DNA of 64,000 nt from Octopus sinensis (taxonomy: Eukaryota): NCBI RefSeq assembly GCF_006345805.1, contig NC_043006.1:248001-312000 (forward strand). Direction: 5' to 3'. Positions 12,301 through 24,995 of the stretch are shown one piece after another. The notes below the pieces were generated by a model, which was not told where the DNA came from, did no database searches, and saw nothing but the letters and a program-made list of their open reading frames with translations. Position 1 is the first letter of the stretch, and each line of letters starts with the position of its first letter. The position numbers were made by a program, and so were the translations under genes.

Positions 12301-12734
12301 AATAATAATAATAATAATCCTTTCTACTATAGGCACATGGCCTGAGATTTTGGAGGAGGGGGCTAGTTGATTACATTGACTCTGGTGCTTGACTGGTACT
12401 TATTTTATCCATGCTGAAAGGATGAAGGGCAAAGTCAACTTTGGTGGGATTTGAACTCAGAACACGAAGACAGATGAAATGCCAAGTATTTTGTCTGGTG
12501 TGCTAACGATTTTGCCAGATCACTGCCTAATAATAATAATAATAATGATAATTTCTGTTGTAGGTACAAGGCCTGAAAGTTTGGGAGAAAGGAATGGTAC
12601 TTATTGCATTGACCCTGAAAGGGTGACAGGCAAAACCAACTGTGGTGGCATTTGAACACAAAACATAAAAATGAACAAAATGTTAAACATTTTACCTGAT
12701 GTGCTAACAACAATTCTGCCAGCTTGCTGCCTTC

Positions 12735-12735
<1 letters not shown>

Positions 12736-12793
<58 letters not shown>

Positions 12794-13076
12794 TCAGCTC
12801 TGGAAACATGGGTGGTTCTTTCAACATCCTTAAACAACCCTTATTCAGGGACCTTTTGAGCGGGATGGGCTACTCAACATGAAGAAAATTCTAACTGGGC
12901 TCCACCTGCAAGGTCATGTGCTGTTTATCTTGATATGAGATCACCATGTCGCGCACATATGGTTGTGATACATGTGCCTGGTGTACCCTTATCAGACGGG
13001 TAGTCATGATGGGTATATTGGGCTTCGTATATTTTACCCCAGTGTCACTTTGATGGCATGCACTGCTCTCTCACTC

Positions 13077-13080
<4 letters not shown>
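12736..13080 (+). mobile_element. Retroposon 3' end fragment flanked by (AAT)n runs; related pieces at ~10667-10705 and ~37545-37640
   Basis: The shared sequence GTGTCACTTTGAT..GCATGCACTGCTCTCTCACTCAAT and CTCAAAAGGTCCCTGAATAAGG recurs in the window. Orientation and family are uncertain. Confidence 0.55.
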
Positions 13081-13123
<43 letters not shown>

Positions 13124-13341
13124 TAATAATGATAATAATAATCCTTTTCTTTACTATAGGCACAAGGCCTGAAATTTGGAGTCAATTATATCAACTTCAG
13201 TTTTTAACTAGGTACTTATTTCATTAACCCCAAAAGGATGAAAGGCCCTGGGCAGAATTTGAACTCAGAACGTGAAGACAGACAAAAAGCCACTGCGCAT
13301 TTTGCTCAGTGTGCTAAACACAAACTGTGCTGATAACGTAC

Positions 13342-13469
13342 CTTTGAGCCAGGCCGGAGAGCTAGGCATGCATACAACATGTCGTGCCGAGCCCTCCATA
13401 ACTTGTTTCTTTCATCAGCATCTGTAGCCCACGTAAAGTCAGAACCTTCGTTAGATTTGGCGATTTCAC
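13342..13469 (-). CDS. LDHD: LDHD coding exon 9 ([42 protein letters not shown])
   Basis: AAAG acceptor and GTACG donor; 128 nt, phase 1 to 0; matches [34 protein letters not shown]. Confidence 0.93.
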
Positions 13470-13589
13470 CTTTTGAAAGTTTATAGAGAAAAAAAAAATT
13501 AATAACAAAAGCAAAGACATGATAAGCAAAAATAAGCTAAACAACAGATATATTGTTTGGACATTGCAATAAACTAGTGAAAGTTAATT

Positions 13590-13995
13590 CGGATTTATCA
13601 GACAGAAAATTAAATTATAATAAAGATAATTAAACTCCACCAAAAATTTAAGCAAAAAGATATTTTCAAAAGTCATGGGTGTTGTGCTGATTTTTGATTT
13701 TATAAAAATGTTCATGAGTTGTAGGGGTTTTGGATTGAAAAAGATAATCAAAGTTGTTGGAAAGATTGTGGATAATCCTGTGGGCTTCAACCAAGTTAGC
13801 TGCGAGGCATTGAAACTTTAAACCCGTTGATGTCCAGAGAAGCAAAATGTTCAAGATATGGTGAGTGACAGAAGGGTATTTGTTTGGTTGCACATTCCTC
13901 GACAGCTTTCAGCAGATTGATATTCTGGACAAGATGAGGGTTCCAGATGAGAAAAACAAACTGTAAGTGTGGATGTACCATAGCCATATATAGTT
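13590..13995 (-). mobile_element. Degenerate CR1-like LINE 3' fragment
   Basis: Remnants MVHPHLQF..WNPHLVQNINLLKAVEECATKQIP and ANLVEAHRIIHN..NTHDF parallel the CR1 copy at 31.2-32.6 kb. Confidence 0.7.
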
Positions 13996-13999
13996 TTAA

Positions 14000-14221
14000 C
14001 CCTTTCATTACCAACCTGGCCAAAACTGGCTCTGGTTCTGTAGTACAAATGCCTTGTTTTCTTAAGTTTTGAATTAAAATCTTCCACCAAACCTTAGTCA
14101 CAATTTACATTCCTAACACTAGCTGAATGGTAATTAAGTTATTTTACTAAATTCTTTGTTATATTTAAAATTAATGGAAAGAAACACAGAGCATCTCAAA
14201 ATAAATACGGTAACAAAAGGG
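14000..14221. mobile_element. piggyBac-like MITE (TTAA flanks, CCCTTT..ACC TIRs); similar elements at ~14834-15058 and ~17565-17700
   Basis: TTAA|CCCTTTCATTACC ... GGTAACAAAAGGG|TTAA. Confidence 0.75.
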
Positions 14222-15397
14222 TTAAATAGCTAACAGGTGAGTAACTGACAAAGGTGTTACTGAGAATTGCTAAGACACTTTTGGCCTTTTTGACTATTAG
14301 GAATGTGGTTCATTCAACACAAATCATTGTAGACAATAATGCCTTGGTCACATTCCTTAGCAGACTTCTATTCATCTGTTCTTCCTTCTTCTCTAACTCC
14401 AGATTTAGTTTATAAGATCGTGAAATGCCAGAGTCATTAGAGTGTTGGAGAGAATGCTATACAGTATTCTTTCTGGTTTTCTGGGATTGAGTTCAAATCT
14501 CAGTGAGGTCAACTTTACCTTTCATGGTCAATAAAATAAAGTACCAGTTCTGTACTATGACCAATCTTTTTTTTCTCCTTTCTCTCTGTAAGAAGCAGAT
14601 CCTGGGCAGACAAAGGGGAAGATGGTTTCTGCCAGATTCAAAATTCCTAAGGGATGCTATATGCCATGAAGGTGTCCCTATAACTTTAGCAGGAATTGAG
14701 GGGCAGGGCAAGGAAGGAAAGAATTGTCTTACACATGCAATATTTTCAAAGGTTTCTCAAGCTTCTCATTACAGTCTGAAGTTTCAAGAAATGAAGCTAA
14801 CGAATGTGTAACCCTAAATTTAAACAACTTTAACCCTTTAGCATTCAGATTACTTCTCTGTCAAATGTAATCCTTATTTATTCACATTGTTTTCAATTAA
14901 TCAGGCATTATCTTGTAGCGTTGAGATTTTGTTGATGTGATTGCTTCTTTTTAGAATGATATTATAGGACAGGTGTAAGAGGCCAGATCTAGTTAGTCTG
15001 AACTTAAAATAGGTAGAATATATGGGTTGGATATAGCTGGTTTAAATGCTAAGGTGTAAATAAATAGAAATACTAAAATTTTTAAGTCTCTCTAAAGGAG
15101 ACTATGGCAGCGGTACTGGAAATTAATAATTATCGCCAAGCTAATATGCCAGTCTATAAATATAAGACTAAAGCTGCCGTTGATTAGCTCCAGAGGCCAT
15201 CACCTCTAGCTACCTATGTGACACATGAGCCTATGTCCATTATAACCTTTGAACAGGGGAGGTCAGCTGCTTCCCCTTGCTGGTCAGGCAGCAGTATTGA
15301 GGGAAGTGGATTTTATGCCAGGTGTTGATATATAAAATTCTTGTTCACAAGTGTGGACAATAATAAATACTGCACTTCCACTCAAATGAGTGTCTGA

Positions 15398-15441
<44 letters not shown>

Positions 15442-15725
15442 AAGGTCTTGTTTTGTGAGTTCGTTAGCAACCACACTAGTGCTGGTACCATGTAAAAAGT
15501 ACCAAATATATTCTGCAAAGTGGTTGGAATTAGGAAGGACATTCTGCCATAGAAACTGTACTGAAGCATATATTGGAACTCAGCACAGTCCTCTGTCAAT
15601 CTGTCCAACCGATGCCAGGAAGGAAGATGAAGATGAAACAATGATGATGAAAGAAGATTTATAGCTTTAGTCTGTGTAGACACAAGTTACCTTGACTACA
15701 GGATATAGCACGCTCCTGGGATATA

Positions 15726-15942
15726 CAAGGGGGTGGTGAAAAGTTCCTGGTTTTAAGGGTATCACAAAAGGCCTGGTTAGAGACTCAACCTTCCAAGTTC
15801 CTTTACAGGGCTTAGAAAGACTGAAGGACCGCTGCAATAAGTGTGTGAATCTGAGAGGAGGAATATGTTGAATAAAATCATAATTAACTAATCCTCTGTA
15901 TTTTCTCTTATTTGAAGCCGGGAACTTTACAGCACCTCTTCG
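15726..15942 (+). mobile_element. Mariner-derived MITE (TA flanks); second copy at ~27397-27610 and a fragment at ~24315-24400
   Basis: Imperfect TIRs CAAGGGGGTGGTGAAAAGTTCCTGG / CCGGGAACTTTACAGCACCTCTTCG; internal RCNKCVNLRGGIC/E resembles a mariner transposase C-terminus. Confidence 0.7.
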
Positions 15943-16022
15943 TATATATACATTAAAATAATCTGTTAACGTGTACATATGCTAACAAAAGAGGTATTTT
16001 AATAAATTTCTTAAATACATAC

Positions 16023-16151
16023 AGACTGTTTCCACTTGACTGTCCAGTGATTCTGCAGCACCATGGAACTCCAGGAAAAGTGTTGGCGCCACATTTAGTG
16101 AGAGATTACTGAATTTGTTGCAGGCATCAATCATAACATCATCCATGAATT
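16023..16151 (-). CDS. LDHD: LDHD coding exon 8 (EFMDDVMIDACNKFSNLSLNVAPTLFLEFHGAAESLDSQVETV)
   Basis: TTAG acceptor and GTATGT donor; 129 nt, phase 1 to 1; matches EFLDEVMMDACNRYSKL..APTLFLEFHG. Confidence 0.95.
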
Positions 16152-16237
16152 CTAAGAAGAAAAATATGTAGATCAAAGCAATAAATAAGTTTCCTAAATA
16201 TTCAATTTAAGTTCATGATAAACCGTAAATTATTTTC

Positions 16238-17150
16238 AATAATATAATAATGAAATTATTGTATACAGTGCTCAGGTGCACCACAACTTGTCAGAAAGTG
16301 CATATAAAGAACATGCAGTAATGTAAAAATGTTTGGAAAGCGAACAATGTATGAGTCAGATACATGCTTGTGTGTGTATGGAGGGGAGAAAATCTGGTAT
16401 AGTGTTGGCGAATCTCAGAAAGCATGGAAGTTTTGAAGGATGCAGTACTCCGACAACTAACAACTGATGCTGGCAGTTTGTTCCATGCTTCAGAAACTCT
16501 TAGCATGAAAAAATGTTTCCGAAACTTATGGGAGCTGTGCTGTTTTCTGACTTTCATCATCATCATCATCATCGTCGTTTAACGTCCGTTCTCCATGCTA
16601 GCATGGGTTGGACGGTTCGACCGGGGTTCTGGGAAGCCAGAAGTACTGCATCCTTCAAAGCTTCCATGCTTCCTGAGATTCACCGACACTACACTCCGTG
16701 AGTGTAGTGGGTGCTTTTTACGTGCCACCTGCACAGGTGCCAGGCGGGGCTGGCAACGGCCACGGTCAGATTGGTGTATTTTATGTGCCACCGGCACGGA
16801 AGCCAGTCGAGGCGGTGCTGGCATCAGCCACGAGTCGGATAGTGCTTTTTACGTACCACCAGACCAGGGATCCTGGCTAATGATAATAATGAAATTATTG
16901 TATACAGTGCTCAGGTCCATCGCAACTTGTCAAAAGTGCATATAAAGCATATGCAGTAATGTACAAATGTCTGGGAAGTGAACAGTGTATGAGTCAGGTA
17001 CATGCTTGCTTGGGTGTATGGAGGGGAGAAAATCAGGTGTAGTGTCGGTGAATCTCAGGAAGCATGCAGTACTCCGACAACTAACAACTGATGCCGGCAG
17101 TTTATTCCATACTTCAGAAACTCTTGGAGTGAAAAAATGTTTCCTGAAGT
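16238..17150 (-). mobile_element. Two CR1-like 3' ends (16238-16550 and 16878-17150) separated by an RTE-tail element (16555-16875)
   Basis: Both CR1 ends are reverse complements of 32300-32611 (FRKHFF..EAWNKLPASVVSCRSTASFKTSML). Confidence 0.85.
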
Positions 17151-18334
17151 CAATATTTTTGTTTCTTTGTTCGTTTCTTCATTTTTAGATTTGCTCTTAT
17201 TGTATGAGACGAAATAGTTCTGCAGCAAATATTTAATATCCATTTTCACTTAAGTCAAAGAGAGTGCCTCTATGCAGTTGCTTGACCAGCTAGAAATAGC
17301 TGCCAAATCTTCCTCAAATTACCTACTATGTCTTAAGAAGCACACACTAGGTATTACAGTCTAAGGTAAACTATGTCACAAGAATTTTTTTCTCTATAAA
17401 CATTTTTATACTGGCTAAAACAAATCAGCCTTACCTTTCCTTCTTAACTCCACTCCCACAGAATTACATTCTCACCTCCCCCCCCTCCCCTGGTTTTCTT
17501 TTTTCTTTCTAAACCATAATTTTAGAGTGGATTTATGATGCATTGACCTGTCAGTCAGTTTTAACCCTTTTGTTGCCATATTTCTGTTGAAAAACCCTGC
17601 CGTCATTTCAATTAATTTTGAAAACACCGAATAATTTGGTCCTAATTAAGCTGATGTTTGGAATACAAATCAACCTAAAATTTTGAGCTAAAGGGTTTAA
17701 CACAGATCACTTTTAGACAGGAATGTTGTTTCATAGGATGAAAGTTGGTCTCAGGCGGAATTGTATCCAAATGTTTAATAGTAGTTCAACAACAGAATAC
17801 AAAAGAAGCGAACCAAACATAGCATGCAGCAACCAAAATGATACTCCATCACATATTTGTTTTTAGCGTATTTTCTAAACAATGACATTCTTTGATAGAG
17901 ATTTCCAGTGGAGAAATCACAGATCCACACCATTTCAGTGGTAACTGTGACAAGGATGTGTGTGCAACGATCCATTAAAATCTATGAATTATTCACATCT
18001 CATGCTAACACCAAATATGTCAACACGGTCATTTGATTTGCTAGTAATAACAGCCAAATCTTCCTCAAATCACAGTCTGCTGTTTCAAAAAATGAACCTA
18101 ATGGGTAATCTGGCAAAATGTAAAAAAGTTGGGATGATTATGTTTGTGCTGTTCAGGCAGAATTAATGCCACGACACATTTTCGTTTGAATGCATTATCA
18201 TGTGGCAAAAGGTAAAGAGACCAGTAAGTGATAAATCCAATGTTCTCAGAACACAAGGTAGAACCAGGAAACAACAGACGAGGATAATATCAATGCAAAT
18301 AGAAATTTTGAGAATACAATATTACAAAAGTAAA

Positions 18335-18752
18335 CCGCAGGAGTGGCTGTGTGGTAAGTAGCTTGCTAACCAACCACATGGTTCCGGGTTCAGTCCCACT
18401 GCGTGGCATCTTGGGCAAGTGTCTTCTGCTATAGCCCCGGGCCGACCAATGCCTTGTGAGTGGATTTGGTAGACGGAAACTGAAAGAAGCCTGTCATATA
18501 TATGTATATATATATATATATGTGTGTGTATGTGTGTGTGTTTGTGTGTCTGTGTTTGTCCCCCTAGCATTGCTTGACAACCGATGCTGGTGTGTTTATG
18601 TTCCCATTACTTAGCGGTTCGGCAAAAGAGACCGATAGAATAAGTACTGGGCATACAAAGAATAAGCCCCGGGGTCGATTTGCTCGACTAAAGGCGGTGC
18701 TCCAGCATGGCCGCAGTCAAATGACTGAAACAAGTAAAAGAGTAAAAGAGAG
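18335..18752 (+). mobile_element. tRNA-derived SINE family A, full length, ending about 22 bp from the LDHD exon 7 donor
   Basis: Head GGAGTGGCTGTGTGG (A-box-like) and GGTTCAGTCCC (B-box-like), CTTGGGCAAG core, internal (TA)(TG)n, AGTAAAAG-repeat tail. Confidence 0.9.
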
Positions 18753-18774
18753 AGCATTAATTTTGTATACGTAC

Positions 18775-18868
18775 CTATTCTTGCAATGGGAATACCACAC
18801 TGCAAAGTCATCACTGTCGTGTCTACTGCTGCTTGCACAGAGGGAAAATGGCAAACAGCCGAAATAGT
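18775..18868 (-). CDS. LDHD: LDHD coding exon 7 ([31 protein letters not shown])
   Basis: TTGCAG acceptor and GTACG donor; 94 nt, phase 0 to 1; matches [28 protein letters not shown]. Confidence 0.94.
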
Positions 18869-19364
18869 CTGCAATGACAAACAGGAATATAAATAGATAC
18901 TGCATCAAGTTTTAGAACACCATTACAGTATAGTAGTAATATTTATAAACATATCGTGGTTATGTTGCTATCACTTTTAAGCAATAATATACTTAAATAT
19001 ACATAAAAAGGGTGCAGGTGTAGCTGTGTGGTTAAAAAGTTTACTTCCTAACCACAGGGTTTTGAGTTCAGTCCCACAGTGGGGCAGTATCTTCTGTTAC
19101 TGCCTTGCCACCGACCAAAGTTTTGTGAGCAGATTTGGTATGCTCACCAGCTAAGTGAATATCACAATATGACAGTGATACACACAAAAATATAATGGAC
19201 CAGTTTGCTATTGTAGTATATCAGTAATCTATCTATCTATATATATATATATACATATGTATATGTATATATACATATATACATATATGTATATATACAT
19301 ATATATATATATACATATGTATATGTATATATACATATATACATATATATATATGTATATATAC

Positions 19365-22300
19365 ATCATCATCATCATCATCATCATTTAGCGTCCGTTT
19401 TCCATGCTAGCATGGGTTGGACGGTTCAACTGGGGTCTGGGGAGCCCGAAGGCTGCACCAGGCCAGTCAGATCTGGCAGTGTTTCTACAGCTGGATGCCC
19501 TTCCTAACGCCAACCACTCCGAGAGTAGTGGGTGATTTTATGTGCCACCGACACAGGTGCCAGATGAGGCTGGCGAACGGCCACGCTCGGATGGTGTTTT
19601 TATGTGCCACCGGACACAGGTGCCAGACGAGGCTGGCAGACGGCACGCTCGCTGATGGTGTTTTTATGTGCCACCGACACAGTGCCAGATGAGGCTGGCA
19701 GGTGCCAGACGAGGCTGGCAGACGGCCACGCTCGGATGGTGTTTTTATGTGCCACCGACACAGGTGCCAGATTGAGGCTGGCGGACGGCCACGACGGATG
19801 GTGTTTGTTACGTCCCCAAAGCACGGAGGCCAGTCTATGCGGTACTGGCTACGGCCACGTTCGGATGATTTTCTTGTGTGCCACCGGCACCCTGAACAAA
19901 GATACAAATTCCATTTATGTTCATCTATTTTGATTTGTTTTGATTTGATTTGATTTTCACTTGCCTCAACAGGTCTTCACAAGTGTCACTTGCCTCAACA
20001 GGTCTTCACAAGTGTCACAGAAGGAAGGTATGCACAGGTGGACTGTCTACGTCGCCGGGTCTTCGGATGGTGTCTTTATGTGCCACCGACACAGGTGCCA
20101 GATGTGGGTGGCGAACGGCCACGATCGGATGGTTTTCTGTGTGCCACCGGTACTGGAACCACAAAGATACAAATTCCATTGATGTTCATCTATTTTGATT
20201 TGGTTTGATTTTCACTTGCCTCAACAGGTCTTCACAAGTGTCACGCGTGTCACACACTTGCCAAACAGGTCTCCACAAGTGTCACACACTTGCCTCTGCC
20301 TCAACAGGTCTTCACAAAGTGTCAAACACTTGCCTCTGCCTCAACAGGTCTTCACAAGTGTCATAAGAGGGAAGGTATGCACAGGTGGACTGACTACGTC
20401 GCCGGGTCTTTGGATGGTGTTTTTATGTGCCACCGACACAGGTGCCAGGTGAGGCTGGCAAACGGCCACGATCAGATGGTGTTGTTGTGCCCACAGCACG
20501 GAGGCCAGTCGATGCGGTACAGTACGGCACTCGGTTCGGTTGGTTTCTTGTGTGCAACCGGTACTGGAACCACAAAGATACAAATTCCATTGATATTCAT
20601 ATTTTGATTTGGTTTGATTTTCACTTGCCTCAACAGGTCTTCACAAGTGTCACACACTTGCCTCAACAGGTCTTCACAAGTGTCATAAGAGGGAAGGTAT
20701 GCACAGGTGGACTGACTACGTCGCCGGGTCTTCGGATGGTGTCTTTATGTGCCACCGGCACAGGTGCCAGATGAGGCTGGCGAACGGCCACGATCGGATG
20801 GTGTTTGTTGTGCCCACAGCACGGAGGCCAGTCGATGCGGTACCAGCTACGGCCACTTCGGATGGTTTTCTTGTGTGCCACCGTACTGGAACCACAAAGA
20901 TACAAATTCCATTGATATTCATCTATTTTGATTTGGTTTGATTTTCACTTGCCTCAACAGGTCTTCACAAGTGTCATAAGAGGGAAGGTATGCACAGGTG
21001 GACTGACTACGTCGCCGGGTCTTCGGATGGTGTCTTTATGTGCCGGCACAGGTGCCAGATGAGGCTGGCGAACGCCACGATCGGATGGTGTTTGTTGTGC
21101 CACAGCCGGAGGCCAGTCGGAGGCGGTAGTGGGTACTGGTTACGGCCACGTTTGGGTGGTTTTCTTGTGTGCCACCGGCACTGGTACCACAAAGAATACA
21201 ATTCCACTGATGTTCATCTATTTTGATTTGTTTTGATTTGATTTGATTTTCACTTGCCTCAACAGGTCTTCATAAGTGTCACAAGAAGGAAGGTATGCAC
21301 AGGACTGACTACGTCCCAGGTCGGGGCCACGGGTTATGGCCTGACTAGTCTTGCCGGGTCTTCTCATGCACAGCATACTTCCATAGGTCTCGGTCTCTAG
21401 ACATTTCCTTAGTGAGACCTAAAGTTCGAAGGTCGTGCTTCACCACCTCGTCCCAGGTTTTCCTGGGTCTACCTCTTCCACAGGTTCCCTCCACTGCTAG
21501 GGTGTAGCACTTTTGCACACAACTATCTTCAGCCTTTCTTGTCACATGACCATACCAGCGCAGCCGTCTCTCTTGCACGCCCAACTGACGCTTCTTAGGT
21601 TCAGCTTTTCTCTCAAGGAACTTACACTCTGACGATTATGAACACTGACATTACACATCCATCGGAGATACTGGCTTCATTTCTTGCGAGCTTACGCATA
21701 TCCTCAGCAGTCACGGCCCATGTTTCACTACCATGTAGCATGGCTGTACGTACACATGCATCATACAGTCTGCCTTTTACTCTGAGCGAGAGGCCTTTTG
21801 TCACCAGCAGGGGTAAGAGCTCTCTAAACTTTGCCCAGGCTATTCTTACTCTAGCAGTTACACTTTCAGCACACCCACCCGCTACTGACTTGGTCTCCTA
21901 GGTAGCGGAAGCTATCAACTACTTCTAGTTTGTCTCCTGGAACGGCAAAGTTGGTCTCTGCATATTTCCAGTGTTTATTGCTCCTGAGCATTTGCCACAG
22001 ACAAAAACTATTTTCCTAGTTAGCCTTCCTTTGACATTGCTGCACCTCTTATGTGTCCATAGCTTACACTTGGTGCATCTTATAGAGTTTCTACCTACAC
22101 CTTTTTTGCAGATCGAGCAGGGCCATCTACCTGAAGGCGTTTGTGATTGATCTACCTTCCTACTTATTAGAACTTTGGTTTTGGCTAGGTTGATTCTAAG
22201 GCCTTCGATTCTAATCCTTGTTTCCACACCTGGAACTTCTCCTCCAGTTCTGATAGTGACTCAGCAATTAGAGCAAGGTCATCAGCATAGAGGAGCTCCC

Positions 22301-22824
22301 AGGGGCAACCTGTCTTGAATTCCTCCGTTATTGCCTGGAGGACTATGATAAATAGGAGGGGACTGAGGACTGAACCTTGGTGGACCCCAACCTCTACCCG
22401 GAATTCTTCACTGTACTCGTTGCCCACCCTCACCTTACTAGCAGCGTCTCTGTACATGGCTTGCACAGCTCTCACCAACCATTCTTCTATCCCTAGTTTC
22501 CTCATTGACCACCAGATAAGGGACCGGGGGACCCTGTCAAAGGCTTTCTCCAAGTCAACAAAAGCCAGGTACAAGGGCTTATCTTTGGCTAGGTATTTCT
22601 CCTGCAGCTGTCTTACCAGGAATATAGCATCAGTAGTACTTTTCCCTGGCACGAACCCAAACTGCATATCATCTAAGGTAACTCTCTCTCTAATTAGTTG
22701 GGCTACAACCCTCTCCGTAACCTTCATTACCTGATCCAGCAGCTTGATGCCCCTGTAGTTATTTGTCTCTAGGGCGTCGCCTTTACCTTTGTAGCAGTCG
22801 ACTATTATGCTGCTACACCAGTCA
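19365..22824 (-). mobile_element. 5'-truncated RTE-clade LINE (RT and C-terminal part, frameshifted) with an expanded ~2 kb tandem-repeat 3' UTR, in LDHD intron 6
   Basis: [67 protein letters not shown]; C-terminal RLRWYGHV..GRGRPRKTW; (GAT)n tail. Confidence 0.95.
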
Positions 22825-23503
<679 letters not shown>

Positions 23504-23624
23504 AATACCTAGCAATGGTTTGTGGCATGCTAAGGGAGATAACTCAGAGATAGCAAAACAACGGTAGTTATGTTAGTCGTAGAGGCAGCATAAGTGACGT
23601 TGATAATTGATAAGCAAATGGTGG

Positions 23625-23663
<39 letters not shown>

Positions 23664-24099
23664 TGATAGACAAACAAATAATAAAATATAAAAGTACAGT
23701 GAGAGTAAACGTTAAAGGAAATAGGATATGAGAGAGGGAGAGAAAAAAAGAGGCAGATATAGTGGAATCAATAAAGAGATGAAGAGACATGGAAGAAAAA
23801 CAAAGAAAACAAGAGAAGAAAAGAAAATAAAAATGACAGATGATAATGGCAAATGGTGGTGATAGCAGGGGTCTGTTTAATACTAAAATGTCAGAGAGAG
23901 AGAGAGAGAGAGAGAGTGTGTGTTAGATTAGAGTTATAATAGGAGAGGAAATGAGAGAGACATGAGAGAGAGAGAAAGTAAGAGAGAGGATTCTAAAAAG
24001 TGAGAGGCTGAGTAACTGTGCAAGGGAAGAGGAACAAAATGTAGAAAGCTGGGAGGATGAAAGTGTTACAGAGATGGGAAGTGGGGGGGAGGAGGGAAA

Positions 24100-24208
24100 C
24101 TATATGAAGCCCGAGTGCTTTGCATTCAAATTAGCTTTTGTAACAGTTCCCAGAATTCCTTCACTTCCAATAAACAGATTTGTTAGGTTATAACCAGCAG
24201 ATGTCCTT
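24100..24208 (-). pseudogene. Duplicated, truncated copy of LDHD exon 6 with intact acceptor; reads [35 protein letters not shown] then stop
   Basis: About 83 nt are closely similar to 24726-24831, including the upstream AATTATTCCTTATTTTTTCCAG acceptor. Sequence diverges after GCTAATTTGAA; TAG at 24102-24100. Confidence 0.9.
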
Positions 24209-24267
24209 CTGGAAAAAATAAGGAATAATTTGTCAATTCTTGAGAATGACAAATTTTGTATATGTAC

Positions 24268-24311
24268 CTATTCTTGCTATGGGGATACCACACTACAAAG
24301 TCATCAACTGC
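24268..24311 (-). pseudogene. Duplicated 3' half of LDHD exon 7 with intact donor; in-frame CAG to TAG change and an internal deletion
   Basis: TGATGACTTTGTAGTGTGGTATCCCCATAGCAAGAATAG|GTACATATACAAAATT versus the true exon 7 TGATGACTTTGCAGTGTGGTATTCCCATTGCAAGAATAG|GTACGTATACAAAATT. Confidence 0.88.
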
Positions 24312-24725
24312 AAAGCCCAACCTTCTGAGTTCTTTTACAAGGATTAGGAAAACTGAAGGAATGCTGCAATAAGTATGTGAATCTGAGAGGGGGAATATGT
24401 GCCATAAATATGTGGCATGTGTGACTGCTTATTCCTGTTATCTTGACACTGCGTGCAAGATGTGTAAACAGTGACAGCCAGGACATTGCATAAACTAAAA
24501 ACAGCTTCTTTGCCGACGTTAACTGTAAAAACAGGTATGGCCTCTGAGCTGTTTGTTGTGCAAACCATGGGGGAGTAGTACCTTACTTGGAAACAAGTAG
24601 GTATTGATGACAGGAAGCACATTCGGCTTTATAAAAATTTGCTTCAATAAGCCTTGTCTGCAAAAAGTGAACATTAAAACAGTAATGATGATGACGATGA
24701 TGATGATGATCTGATACTAACTTAC

Positions 24726-24831
24726 CTTTTCAGGTTGTCCATACAATTTCAAAGTAGCTTTTGTGATAATTCCCAGAGTTCCTTCACTTCCAATAAACAA
24801 ATTTGTTAGGTTATAACCAGCAGATGTCTTT
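24726..24831 (-). CDS. LDHD: LDHD coding exon 6 ([35 protein letters not shown])
   Basis: TTCCAG acceptor and GTAAG donor; 106 nt, phase 2 to 0; contains the GYNL..FxGSEGTLG motif of FAD-linked oxidases. Confidence 0.95.
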
Positions 24832-24995
24832 CTGGAAAAAAATAAGGAATAATTTTTGACAAATGGCAGAGTTGCAAACAAAGTATAGACAAAGCCAAGA
24901 AAATATGTACAGCTTCTGGCAACAATGGAAAGAGTTCATCCAAGTAAAATGTAAAGAAGTATGTGGTTATTAACCAGTGTATATGAATGAGTGTA

